A DNA stretch of 41,871 bases from Minisyncoccota bacterium (lineage in GTDB: Bacteria > Patescibacteriota > Minisyncoccia > Phycocordibacterales > UBA6899), in the NCBI GenBank assembly GCA_031972735.1, contig DALYED010000001.1, forward strand, positions 50,832 through 92,702. The letters are read 5' to 3'. The position numbers and the translations under genes were made by a program. The notes beneath the pieces are model-generated. The model had not been told where the DNA came from. It saw only the letters and a list, made by a program, of their open reading frames with translations, and did not search any database. Shown piece after piece: positions 1-8,361 of the stretch (within the stretch, counting starts at the first letter, position 1; each line of letters opens with the position of its first letter).

Positions 1-1836
1 AAAACAGAACAACAACAGACGACCACTTCATCACAATCAAAACCACCCATTGTTCCTGCAACTACTCTCACGGGGGTAAAAACGACCTCCCCGTCACTGG
101 CAAAAGCTGTCGAGACTCGTTCGGTTGCCGAGCTTTGGGTTACACAAGGAGGTAAACCTGTCAGCCAAGCAGTTGATCCAATAAACGACAAATCAGTACG
201 TCCCACTGTCTCTGCGCGACGTACTATGACGAGTGATATTTTGTTGCGTGGAAAAGGTGCTACGATCCAAGGTCTCCCTGCGCTCTTGCCTCAAGAGGAG
301 GTAAATCCCATTCCTAAATATTCAAGTAAGCCAATTGAATTACAAAAGCCACCAGAGCCAAAAAAAGTGGTTCCACCACCTCAAGAAAAAATAATCCCAA
401 CAGTTGCTGAAAATCTTGAGCGGAAAAATAAGTTGAAAAAGATTTTCGTTATCGCAATCAGTTTCATCGTTCTGCTCATTGTTCTTGCGGGAGCATTCAT
501 GCTCTACATGCGGATGAGAGGTCCTGCTGTTGCAAGTATCCTGACAGCAACAGTGTCTCAATTTATGTCTGCTACCTCATTCTCATATAATGGAAGCGCT
601 TCGAGTGACCTTGTGCTCACCTCGAGTGTGACAGGAGAAAGTAAGGTGGGAACTATGAAGTTTGCACTTGGGTACGCGGGACAGCTCAATGCAGATAAAA
701 ATGGTTTTGGAAATGGGAATCACCACATGAAGTTTAGTGGAGGGTGGCAATATGGAGACACGCCATGGAAAACTGATGTTGAAACTGACCTTCGAATGTT
801 TGCACAAAATCTCTATTTCCATGTTATGTCATTCCCATCGGCCGCCGCAGTCGACCCTGAATTATTCAGGACCTACTGGATCAAAGTGGATATTGGTGAA
901 ATAGCAAAGCAGCTTGCACTTGAAGCAGTTACTCCAAGTGATCAATATAGTGGTATTGCTGGTGAAGATACCACAAGTTTTAATGCAATTGTTCGAAAGC
1001 ATATGCCATTTATGGGTGGGGCCAAAGTAGGCACCGAAGTAGTAAATAGCATAAACACCATTCATTATTCGCTCACTACTGACCCAGAGAAGCTCTACGG
1101 TATTTCGGCTGACCTATACAAAAAATATACTGGTAAAACACTTGTGTTTAATGAGCAGGAGCGAATTGATTTTATCCACGCACTTGAGAAGCTGTCTTTC
1201 GATATTTGGATAGACGAAAAGACAAATAATTTGCTCCAAATAAAAATTGCCGCAACACTCAATGATAATATTGCAGGTATTCATGCCGTTGGTCCTTTGG
1301 ATCTTTCATTCTCATTCACTGGCTATGATTCACCGGTCATAGTCTCAGAGCCAGCTCCATACCTCTCACTTACTGAGCTTCAGACACGCATGGATGATTA
1401 TCGTAAATCAAAAGAAATACGAGATCGCAACGCTGTCCGCATTTTGAATCTTGGTGAAATTAAATATGCACTCGCAAGTTATCAATCTCAAAAAGGAAGA
1501 TTCCCAACCGTGCTTGCTGATCTCCGTCAAAATAGTATTCTTGCCTCGACAACACTTTCAGATGAAGTGCTCAAAAGTTTTTCATATTCTGCATTTATAA
1601 GAAGTGATGACTTCTCAAAAGCGAACAAGTGTACTGCAAAATCTATTAAATGTACCACTTATCATATTGGAGTAAATCTTGATGACCCAGCTGATCCCGC
1701 ACTTGCTTCAGATGCAGATCAAACCTCAGATATTCATGGGGCAGATAATGCAGGTTGTGCAATTGAACGTGAAAAACAGTGCTATGATCTCGTATTTACT
1801 GTGCAGTCCACAGCATCTTCAACGAAAGCACAGTAA
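1..1836 (+). CDS. Membrane-anchored protein, 5'-partial; Pro/Lys-rich N-terminal region, one TM helix, large extracytoplasmic domain ending in a pilin-head-like module
   Basis: Frame 1 has no stop from nt 1 to the TAA at 1834-1836, so the ATG at 226 is only the first in-window Met. One hydrophobic helix (IFVIAISFIVLLIVLAGAFMLYM). The C-terminal RDRNAVRILNLGEIKYALASYQSQKGRFP plus two Cys pairs (KCTAKSIKC, GCAIEREKQC) resembles a pilin/pseudopilin head. Central domain not recognised. Confidence 0.6.
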   Translation, partial: KTEQQQTTTSSQSKPPIVPATTLTGVKTTSPSLAKAVETRSVAELWVTQGGKPVSQAVDPINDKSVRPTVSARRTMTSDILLRGKGATIQGLPALLPQEEVNPIPKYSSKPIELQKPPEPKKVVPPPQEKIIPTVAENLERKNKLKKIFVIAISFIVLLIVLAGAFMLYMRMRGPAVASILTATVSQFMSATSFSYNGSASSDLVLTSSVTGESKVGTMKFALGYAGQLNADKNGFGNGNHHMKFSGGWQYGDTPWKTDVETDLRMFAQNLYFHVMSFPSAAAVDPELFRTYWIKVDIGEIAKQLALEAVTPSDQYSGIAGEDTTSFNAIVRKHMPFMGGAKVGTEVVNSINTIHYSLTTDPEKLYGISADLYKKYTGKTLVFNEQERIDFIHALEKLSFDIWIDEKTNNLLQIKIAATLNDNIAGIHAVGPLDLSFSFTGYDSPVIVSEPAPYLSLTELQTRMDDYRKSKEIRDRNAVRILNLGEIKYALASYQSQKGRFPTVLADLRQNSILASTTLSDEVLKSFSYSAFIRSDDFSKANKCTAKSIKCTTYHIGVNLDDPADPALASDADQTSDIHGADNAGCAIEREKQCYDLVFTVQSTASSTKAQ

Positions 1837-1944
1837 CTTTTGATTTGACAAAACCTTCACTTGAATTTCTTGTGATAATTCTGGTCCGCTATTTCTGCGC
1901 TTGTTTGCAGAAGTAGAAGCTTTCGTGTTAAATGAGGCGCACAT

Positions 1945-2958
1945 ATGGCGTTCATGACTTCAAAACTCGGCATCGATCTTGGTACTGCAAACACACTCGT
2001 GTATGTACCTGGTCGTGGCATTGTCTTAAATGAGCCTTCTGTCGTTGCTGTTTCTGAACGTGACAACCGCATCCTCTCTGTTGGTATCGAGGCAAAAGAA
2101 ATGATTGGTCGTACTCCTGACGATATTATTGCATACCGCCCAATGCGTGATGGTGTTATTGCTGACTATCGAGTCACTGAAGCAATGCTTCGTTACTTCA
2201 TTAATAAAGCCATGGGGCGTTGGAATCTTTTTAAACCAGAAGTCATGGTGTCAGTTCCTGCAGGAGTTACTTCGACAGAGCGACGTGCGGTTATTGAAGC
2301 CGCAATGCGTGCTGGTGCAAAGAATGCATATGTTGTGAAGGAGCCAATCCTCGCCGCTATTGGCGCAGGTATTCCTATCTACGAAGCTCGTGGGCATATG
2401 GTTGTTGATATAGGGGGAGGCACTACTGATGTTGCTGTAATTTCTCTTGGAGGTATCGTTGCATCAACATCAGTAAAGTGTGCTGGTAACCGCATCGATC
2501 AAGCCATCGCTGACTACATCAAGAAGACTTTTAACCTTGCGATTGGTGACAAAACTGCTGAGGATATCAAGATCAATATTGGTTCTGCGGTCCCACTCGA
2601 AGAAGAGCTCACTATGGTCATCAAGGGTCGTGACTTTGTTGCAGGACTACCACGCTCAATCAATGTCTCCACAAACGAGATTGTGAAAGCAATTGATAAA
2701 GAACTCCGTGAAATGGTAAAGGCAATCAAAGATGTGCTTCAGGAAACTCCACCAGAACTCTCAGCAGATATTATTGATCAAGGCATCATCATGACAGGAG
2801 GGTCATCACAGCTTCGCAATCTCCCAGAGCTTGTATTTCGTCGTACAGGAGTGAAAGCAATCCTTGCTGATGATGCACTTTATTGTGTGGTTAAAGGAAC
2901 TGGTGTGGCACTCGAACATCTCGACACGTATCGCAAGAGCATCATCGCGAAACGGTAG
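1945..2958 (+). CDS. mreB: Rod shape-determining actin homolog MreB (paralog 1)
   Basis: 337 aa with actin-fold motifs GIDLGTANTLVY, VDIGGGTTDVAVISLGG and MTGGSSQLRNLPEL. GAGG lies 7 nt upstream of the ATG. Confidence 0.93.
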   Translation: MAFMTSKLGIDLGTANTLVYVPGRGIVLNEPSVVAVSERDNRILSVGIEAKEMIGRTPDDIIAYRPMRDGVIADYRVTEAMLRYFINKAMGRWNLFKPEVMVSVPAGVTSTERRAVIEAAMRAGAKNAYVVKEPILAAIGAGIPIYEARGHMVVDIGGGTTDVAVISLGGIVASTSVKCAGNRIDQAIADYIKKTFNLAIGDKTAEDIKINIGSAVPLEEELTMVIKGRDFVAGLPRSINVSTNEIVKAIDKELREMVKAIKDVLQETPPELSADIIDQGIIMTGGSSQLRNLPELVFRRTGVKAILADDALYCVVKGTGVALEHLDTYRKSIIAKR

Positions 2959-3206
2959 GTCTTCATATTAGGCGCTCTTCTTCGTTGAATACTGCGGTAC
3001 TCCCTCGACGTACCAGCAAGTACGTCTCGGTTCGTTCCTCGTATTCGCCTAAAATAGCATCCAAATATGGAAACCTTCAATCTGTGTGACTCGCCTTACT
3101 CCAAAACTTCGCATCGTATCCAAATTTAGCTTTTCAAAAAATCGCAGACACTTAGCTTCACATCGCATATCTATTTCCTCCGCGCTATAATAAATTCAAT
3201 TTAGAT

Positions 3207-3890
3207 ATGCCTTTCACGTTAAATACAAAACATTTGCATCATGCGTATCTTGTAGAGGGGGAGCGTTCGATCTTGCTTCCAGAAATTTTGGAATATCTCT
3301 ATGAGGAAAAACTCACTGCAGTAAATAGTCCTGATCTTCACGTTCTCGAATTTGATTCATTTGGGATTGATGATGCTCATGAACTCCGACGTGAACAGCA
3401 GATGCGTGGTGCAGAGGGGAATAAAAAGTTTTTCATCGTGGTCTTTAATACCATGACCCACGAGGCGCAGAATGCGCTTTTGAAAACCCTCGAAGAGCCT
3501 ACTGAAGACACTCATTTCATTCTCCTTACACGTACAAAAGAAACACTTATCCCAACAGTACGTTCACGCGTACAACTTGTTGGTCAGAAGGGGAAGGTGA
3601 AAGCAAGCAATATAGGAAAAGACTTCCTTCGCATGGACTTACCAGAGCGTCTTCTTGAAATAGAGAAGTACACAAAAGTGAAAGCTGATCAGAAATCTGA
3701 AGCAAAGGATCTTGCTCGTGACTTCCTCTCTCACCTCGAAGAAGCGCTTTATTCGCATCTGGGGACTGATGCACAGTATGCTACCGCACTCCACGATGTG
3801 GTGAGTGCAAAGCGCTATCTTGGAGATAGGTCGCCTTCAGTAAAAATTCTTCTCGAGCACCTTGCACTCACCATTCCACTTCAAAAGTAA
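3207..3890 (+). CDS. holB: DNA polymerase III delta'-like clamp-loader subunit (short form)
   Basis: 227 aa with HAYLVEG, AQNALLKTLEEP and IPTVRSR (SRC-like), typical of delta'/HolB. Shorter than the roughly 330-aa canonical proteins. Confidence 0.75.
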   Translation: MPFTLNTKHLHHAYLVEGERSILLPEILEYLYEEKLTAVNSPDLHVLEFDSFGIDDAHELRREQQMRGAEGNKKFFIVVFNTMTHEAQNALLKTLEEPTEDTHFILLTRTKETLIPTVRSRVQLVGQKGKVKASNIGKDFLRMDLPERLLEIEKYTKVKADQKSEAKDLARDFLSHLEEALYSHLGTDAQYATALHDVVSAKRYLGDRSPSVKILLEHLALTIPLQK

Positions 3891-3994
3891 TAGTGGTATG
3901 TGATGAAAGTTGAGTTTCGGCTCAATTTTGATAAACTAAACAGCAATCTAGCTTTGTAGCAAACGAGAAACTAATAACTGATAATTGAATTTAT

Positions 3995-4546
3995 ATGGCG
4001 TACGATTTTTCCGATTTTAAAATCCGAATGAAAGATGTAGAAGAATGGCTCAAAAAAGAGTTCTCACAACTGCGTACAGGACGTGCCACTTCTGCAATCT
4101 TGGATTCGATTAGTATTGAATCTTATGGTTCTCAGACGCCTATTGCCCATGTTGGGTCAATCAGTATGGAAGACGCGAGGACACTTCGTATTGCTCCTTG
4201 GGATAAATCACAGGTAAAGGCAATTGAAGGAGCAATCCAAAAAGCCAATCTCGGTCTTTCTGTCACTTCAGATGATGCTGGTCTTCGAGTCATCTTTCCT
4301 GAATTAACCGGCGAGCGCAGACAGCAATTAGTAAAACTCCTCAAAGACAAGCTCGAAGATGCGCGTATTTCAATGCGCAAAGAGCGCGAAACACTGCTTA
4401 CTGAATGGAAGAAACTAGAGAAAGACAGTGAAATGTCTGAGGACGAACACTTCAAAGCAAAAGAAGAATTACAAAAACATGTCGATGAAGCAAATAAGCG
4501 CTTCGATGCGATGGCTGTCCAAAAAGAATCAGAAATTACTAGCTAG
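3995..4546 (+). CDS. frr: Ribosome recycling factor
   Basis: 183 aa. N-terminal ...EWLKKEFSQLRTGRATSAILDSI... and C-terminal coiled coil are typical of Frr. Confidence 0.93.
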   Translation: MAYDFSDFKIRMKDVEEWLKKEFSQLRTGRATSAILDSISIESYGSQTPIAHVGSISMEDARTLRIAPWDKSQVKAIEGAIQKANLGLSVTSDDAGLRVIFPELTGERRQQLVKLLKDKLEDARISMRKERETLLTEWKKLEKDSEMSEDEHFKAKEELQKHVDEANKRFDAMAVQKESEITS

Positions 4547-4618
4547 TTACGCAATAAAGAATGAGTGTTGCTTTTGCTTCACAATCCATCTTCATCGCTC
4601 ATAACTCACCACTCACTC

Positions 4619-5704
4619 ATGTCTATATTACTTTTCATCGCGATTCTCCTTGTACTCGTCCTCGTGCACGAAGCAGGGCATTTTACGGTCGCAAAGTTGT
4701 TTAAGATTCGTGTCGACGAATTTGCTTTCGGTTTTCCACCGAGGTTATTTAGTTTCAAAAAAGGTGAAACTACTTATGCATTTAATTTGCTTCCGCTCGG
4801 TGGGTACGTAAAAATTTACGGCGAAGATCCCAACGAAGTAAAGGGTGAAGACGCGCAGAGAAGTTTTGTCGCTCAGCCACGCATAGTGCAAGCAGGTGTC
4901 ATTGTTGCAGGTGTTGTGATGAATCTTGTCCTTGCATGGGTACTTATTTCTTCTACGCTTGCACTTGGTATTGCAGCTCCGGTTGATAATGATGAGGGTT
5001 TTCCAGTTACCAATCCTCGCCTGATGGTCACTGAAGTTTCCGAGAAAGGTCCCGCACAAACAGCAGGGCTTGTGGGTGGGGATTATCTCGTCTCACTCAG
5101 TGTTGATGGGGAACAAGTCGATGCAACCTCACCAGAGGTCGTTTCTGCTTTCATTAGCCCTCGCGAAGGAAAAACTATTGAAGTGCGCTATGAGCATGAA
5201 GGTAAGCTCGTGACTGGAGCAATGACCCCTGTTTCTGGTATTTCACAACAAGGTGCAGCAATAGGTATTTATATGGATATGGTTGGAACACTCAAGCTTC
5301 CAGCTCATCTCGCGCTCTATCATGGTGCAATCAAGACATGGCAATATACGAAGCTCACAGCAGTGGGAATCTATCAGTTTATTTCGGAAGCGATTACTGG
5401 CCACGCTAACTTCAATGACGTTACAGGTCCAGTTGGTATCGTCAAAGCTGTTGGTGCAGCATCTTCAATAGGTTTTGCAAATGTACTTCTCTTTACTGCC
5501 TTGATCTCGATCAATCTTGCAATCATCAATATTATTCCGTTTCCCGCACTCGATGGTGGAAGACTACTCTTCATTACTATTGAGGGAATCATGCGACGCC
5601 CGATTCCAACGCTGATAGCAAACTATGTAAATGTCGGAGGGTTCGCTCTCTTGATGCTCCTCATGCTTCTCGTCACCTATCACGATGTCGTCAAGTTTTT
5701 CTAA
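4619..5704 (+). CDS. rseP: Site-2 (M50) intramembrane zinc metalloprotease RseP-like
   Basis: HExxH in the first TM helix (LVHEAGHF), a central PDZ-like region and C-terminal IIPFPALDGG. Start moved from the track's GTG at 4565 to ATG 4619 (MSILLF...). Confidence 0.85.
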   Translation: MSILLFIAILLVLVLVHEAGHFTVAKLFKIRVDEFAFGFPPRLFSFKKGETTYAFNLLPLGGYVKIYGEDPNEVKGEDAQRSFVAQPRIVQAGVIVAGVVMNLVLAWVLISSTLALGIAAPVDNDEGFPVTNPRLMVTEVSEKGPAQTAGLVGGDYLVSLSVDGEQVDATSPEVVSAFISPREGKTIEVRYEHEGKLVTGAMTPVSGISQQGAAIGIYMDMVGTLKLPAHLALYHGAIKTWQYTKLTAVGIYQFISEAITGHANFNDVTGPVGIVKAVGAASSIGFANVLLFTALISINLAIINIIPFPALDGGRLLFITIEGIMRRPIPTLIANYVNVGGFALLMLLMLLVTYHDVVKFF

Positions 5705-5855
5705 AATCGGCGCGCTACTTGTGCTTCCTTCATCGGGTGGTGAAGCGCAGGTATAACTCATATCGCTTCATAAGCACTGCCTCAGTTCAGTTCTTCAAAT
5801 TTATCTCTTTTAAAAAAGGTTGAGAAGGAGGATGTTCATCTATATGAATAAAAAA

Positions 5856-5872
5856 CTCCGCTTGAGGCGGAG
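5856..5872 (-). terminator. Intrinsic terminator of the 102-aa gene
   Basis: CTCCGC-n5-GCGGAG, followed on the minus strand by TTTTTTATT. Confidence 0.7.
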
Positions 5873-5892
5873 ATGGTAGCACCGGGCTACGA

Positions 5893-6201
5893 CTAAAGAA
5901 AAGAATCTTGCATTTCAAGATGTTTCAGTGCTATCTGTTTTGGTTTCGAAAGATCATATACCTCAAGCAGTTTACCTTTCTGTCGCAGGACTTCCAGTTG
6001 CAGGTCTTGATTTGGTAATACAAAATAGTTGCACTTAGCGTATTCGTTCTGTTCACCTGAACATCCCATCAACTGGTGCATGACATAGAGATACCTTGCC
6101 CCCATTTTTACACCACTATCAAATGCGAGTGAGAGATCATAGTTGTCGACTCTTGGGTACATGTGAATCTTTCGTTGAAAAAAAGAACAAAAGCACGACA
6201 T
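5893..6201 (-). CDS. Hypothetical protein (102 aa)
   Basis: ORF with GGAGAGG 8 nt upstream of the ATG and its own hairpin plus T-run terminator at 5856-5872. No family recognised. Confidence 0.5.
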   Translation of the reverse strand: MSCFCSFFQRKIHMYPRVDNYDLSLAFDSGVKMGARYLYVMHQLMGCSGEQNEYAKCNYFVLPNQDLQLEVLRQKGKLLEVYDLSKPKQIALKHLEMQDSFL

Positions 6202-6267
6202 GTGCTCTGCCTCTCCAAGTATAAGTATCTATCCTGAACGTTTGGTGAAGTACATGAAAAAAAGAAA

Positions 6268-6289
6268 AGCACCGCATGGAAGCGGTGCT
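6268..6289 (-). terminator. Intrinsic terminator of the 74-aa membrane-protein gene
   Basis: AGCACCGC-n6-GCGGTGCT, followed on the minus strand by TTTTCTTTTTTT. Confidence 0.75.
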
Positions 6290-6294
6290 ACTGA

Positions 6295-6519
6295 CTATGT
6301 GCAGGTGAATTGCCTGCAAATCATTACCCAAACATAGTGATAGGAGAGATATGCTCCAATTACTCCGAATGAGATGGTGAGACACAGTGCAAGGAATATT
6401 TCTCTGGACCTCATCTTTGTTGATCGTATGAAGTATCCCAGCGTAAGTCCTATGAGAAATACTGCAAAGAAATGGATTGAGATGATGTAATAACCGTAGG
6501 GGAACAGAGTTGTAACCAT
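6295..6519 (-). CDS. Small hypothetical membrane protein (74 aa, 2 predicted TM helices)
   Basis: Start set at the ATG at 6519, preceded by GGAG (ggagaaatccATG), rather than the track's TTG at 6531. Two hydrophobic stretches. Own terminator at 6268-6289. Confidence 0.55.
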   Translation of the reverse strand: MVTTLFPYGYYIISIHFFAVFLIGLTLGYFIRSTKMRSREIFLALCLTISFGVIGAYLSYHYVWVMICRQFTCT

Positions 6520-6666
6520 GGATTTCTCCAAGTTGTTATTTTGCTGACTAAACTGTACACATAAAATATACTATTGTCAATATCTCGATAAACAAGTCTC
6601 ATCGTGTACAATAAGAATTATTTGAATTTTCTCATTACTATCCCTCACAGTTCAACACATTTTTCC

Positions 6667-7917
6667 ATGCGACAATCACAACTATTCACTAAGACCAGAC
6701 GAGAAGCCCCAAAAGATGAAGTGTCAAAAAATGCTCAGCTCCTTCTGCGTGCAGGCTACATTTACAAGGAAATGGCAGGGGCATATGCGTTTCTCCCACT
6801 TGGTCTTCGTGTGTTCAATAATGTCATGAATATTATTCGCGAAGAGATGAATGCCATAGGTGGGCAAGAGCTATTCATGACTGCTCTTCAAGAGAAAGCT
6901 GTATGGGAAAAGACCAATCGTTGGAGTGATGACGTGGTGGATAATTGGTTTAAAACAAAACTAAAAAATGAGGTAGAGGTAGGACTTGCATTCACACACG
7001 AAGAACCACTTACCAATCTCATGCGCGAATACATTAGCTCGTTTCGTGACCTTCCATTTGCAGTCTACCAATTTCAAACTAAGTTTCGGAATGAAACACG
7101 CGCAAAGAGTGGGATTATGCGTGGACGGGAATTTATCATGAAAGATTTGTATTCATTTTCTCGCACTCAAGCTGAGCATGATGAATTTTACGAAAAGGCA
7201 AAGCGTGCATATGTGAATGTATTTCATCGAGTTGGATTAGGAGAGACTACTTACGTTACTTTTGCGTCAGGTGGGACATTTTCCAAGTATTCACATGAGT
7301 TTCAGACGATCACTGATGCTGGAGAGGATATCATTTACATCGATAAGGAAAAAAATATCGCCATAAACAAGGAGGTCTTCACCGATGAAGTACTTGCAGA
7401 TTTAGGTGTAGATAGGGCGAATGTGATTGAGGCGAAAGCAGTTGAAGTAGGGAATATTTTCAGTCTGGGTACTAAATTTTCTGATGCGTTTGACCTCAAT
7501 TTTATTAACGAAAAAGGGGAGAAAGAAAAAGTTGTCATGGGTTCTTATGGTATTGGACCTGCGCGCCTCATGGGTACAATTGTGGAGACACTCTCAGATG
7601 AGAAAGGCATCGTCTGGCCAATTGCCGTTGCGCCATTCCGCTATCATCTTGTCTCACTCGCACCAGACGACGAAGCAGTAAAAAAACTTGGTGATGAAAT
7701 TTATCATGCACTCACCGCGAAAGGAATCGAAGTCCTTTATGATGACCGAGTATTACCTACTGCTGGTGAGAAATTTGCAGATAGCGACCTCTTGGGTATT
7801 CCAACCCGCATCGTTGTGTCAAAGAAAGTGATTGAGAAGGGAGTACTTGAAGTGAAAGATCGTAAAACAGGAGAAGTCTCTGCGCTTACGCTCGAGCAGT
7901 TCCTCGCAATGTCATAA
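6667..7917 (+). CDS. proS: Prolyl-tRNA synthetase, bacterial-type but lacking the INS editing domain
   Basis: The N-terminus MRQSQLFTKTRREAPKDEVSKNAQLLLRAGYI matches the bacterial ProRS N-terminus. About 416 aa from ATG 6667, against about 570 aa for INS-containing enzymes. Class II core and anticodon-binding C-terminus present. Confidence 0.92.
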   Translation: MRQSQLFTKTRREAPKDEVSKNAQLLLRAGYIYKEMAGAYAFLPLGLRVFNNVMNIIREEMNAIGGQELFMTALQEKAVWEKTNRWSDDVVDNWFKTKLKNEVEVGLAFTHEEPLTNLMREYISSFRDLPFAVYQFQTKFRNETRAKSGIMRGREFIMKDLYSFSRTQAEHDEFYEKAKRAYVNVFHRVGLGETTYVTFASGGTFSKYSHEFQTITDAGEDIIYIDKEKNIAINKEVFTDEVLADLGVDRANVIEAKAVEVGNIFSLGTKFSDAFDLNFINEKGEKEKVVMGSYGIGPARLMGTIVETLSDEKGIVWPIAVAPFRYHLVSLAPDDEAVKKLGDEIYHALTAKGIEVLYDDRVLPTAGEKFADSDLLGIPTRIVVSKKVIEKGVLEVKDRKTGEVSALTLEQFLAMS

Positions 7918-7927
7918 GTAAAAAAAT

Positions 7928-7952
7928 ATGACCCGCAGATTGTGCAGGTCAT
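7928..7952. terminator. Convergent (bidirectional) terminator candidate between proS and the 97-aa gene
   Basis: ATGACC...GGTCAT with an inner GCA/TGC pairing. An A-run lies upstream and GTTGTT downstream. Confidence 0.5.
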
Positions 7953-7956
7953 GTTG

Positions 7957-8250
7957 TTATCGATACAAGAAGGGTTTGTTTGCTTGGATTTGTTCAATGT
8001 ACAGTTTTCCATTGAGCGAAATGAAATATCTGATTATTTTCGTGCACGGTGACATGTGTTGTCCCGGTTTCAAATACGTCTTCTCGTAACCCTCAGTTGC
8101 AACTTGAGCAATTTTTTCAAACGAGTGATTTTTCCCACCACGCGCCCTTGCTCTTTGGTGTGGGGATACTGTGTCATCGCTCACAATCACGCAACATTGT
8201 TTATGAAAACCATGTTCACCTTGAGTCGTAATTACAGTCATAATAGACAT
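7957..8250 (-). CDS. Hypothetical protein (97 aa)
   Basis: AAGGAG lies 6 nt upstream of the ATG at 8250 (MSIMTVITTQGEHGF...). Divergent from mreB-2. No family recognised. Confidence 0.55.
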   Translation of the reverse strand: MSIMTVITTQGEHGFHKQCCVIVSDDTVSPHQRARARGGKNHSFEKIAQVATEGYEKTYLKPGQHMSPCTKIIRYFISLNGKLYIEQIQANKPFLYR

Positions 8251-8321
8251 GTCACACTCCTTCTTACAGTTGAACTGAACTCTAATTATATGATGGCACA
8301 AAAAATATCTTTGTCAATTTT

Positions 8322-8350
8322 TTGACGAGATGCCACCCGTACCCTAGAAT
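8322..8350 (+). promoter_or_regulatory. Sigma70-type promoter candidate for mreB-2: TTGACG-17-TAGAAT
   Basis: TTGACG at 8322-8327, a 17-nt spacer, TAGAAT at 8345-8350, and ATG 11 nt downstream. A divergent TTGACA (minus strand, 8317-8312) lies beside it. Confidence 0.6.
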
Positions 8351-8361
8351 GGGGAGCACTT

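Noticed and set aside
340-1065. Antisense and alternative-frame ORFs inside long genes. Examples are 340-561, 583-822, 862-1065, and the many 60-130-aa track ORFs overlapping mreB, PBPs, lysS, the RND pump and others.
   Set aside because: Each lies entirely within a longer ORF that has clear family motifs. They have Cys/Ser/Arg-rich or otherwise odd compositions and no SD or promoter. They are treated as shadow ORFs.
8056-8325. Plus-strand 89-aa ORF in the proS/mreB-2 gap.
   Set aside because: It overlaps the minus-strand 97-aa ORF, which has a strong AAGGAG-6-ATG start. The plus-strand ORF has no comparable signal.
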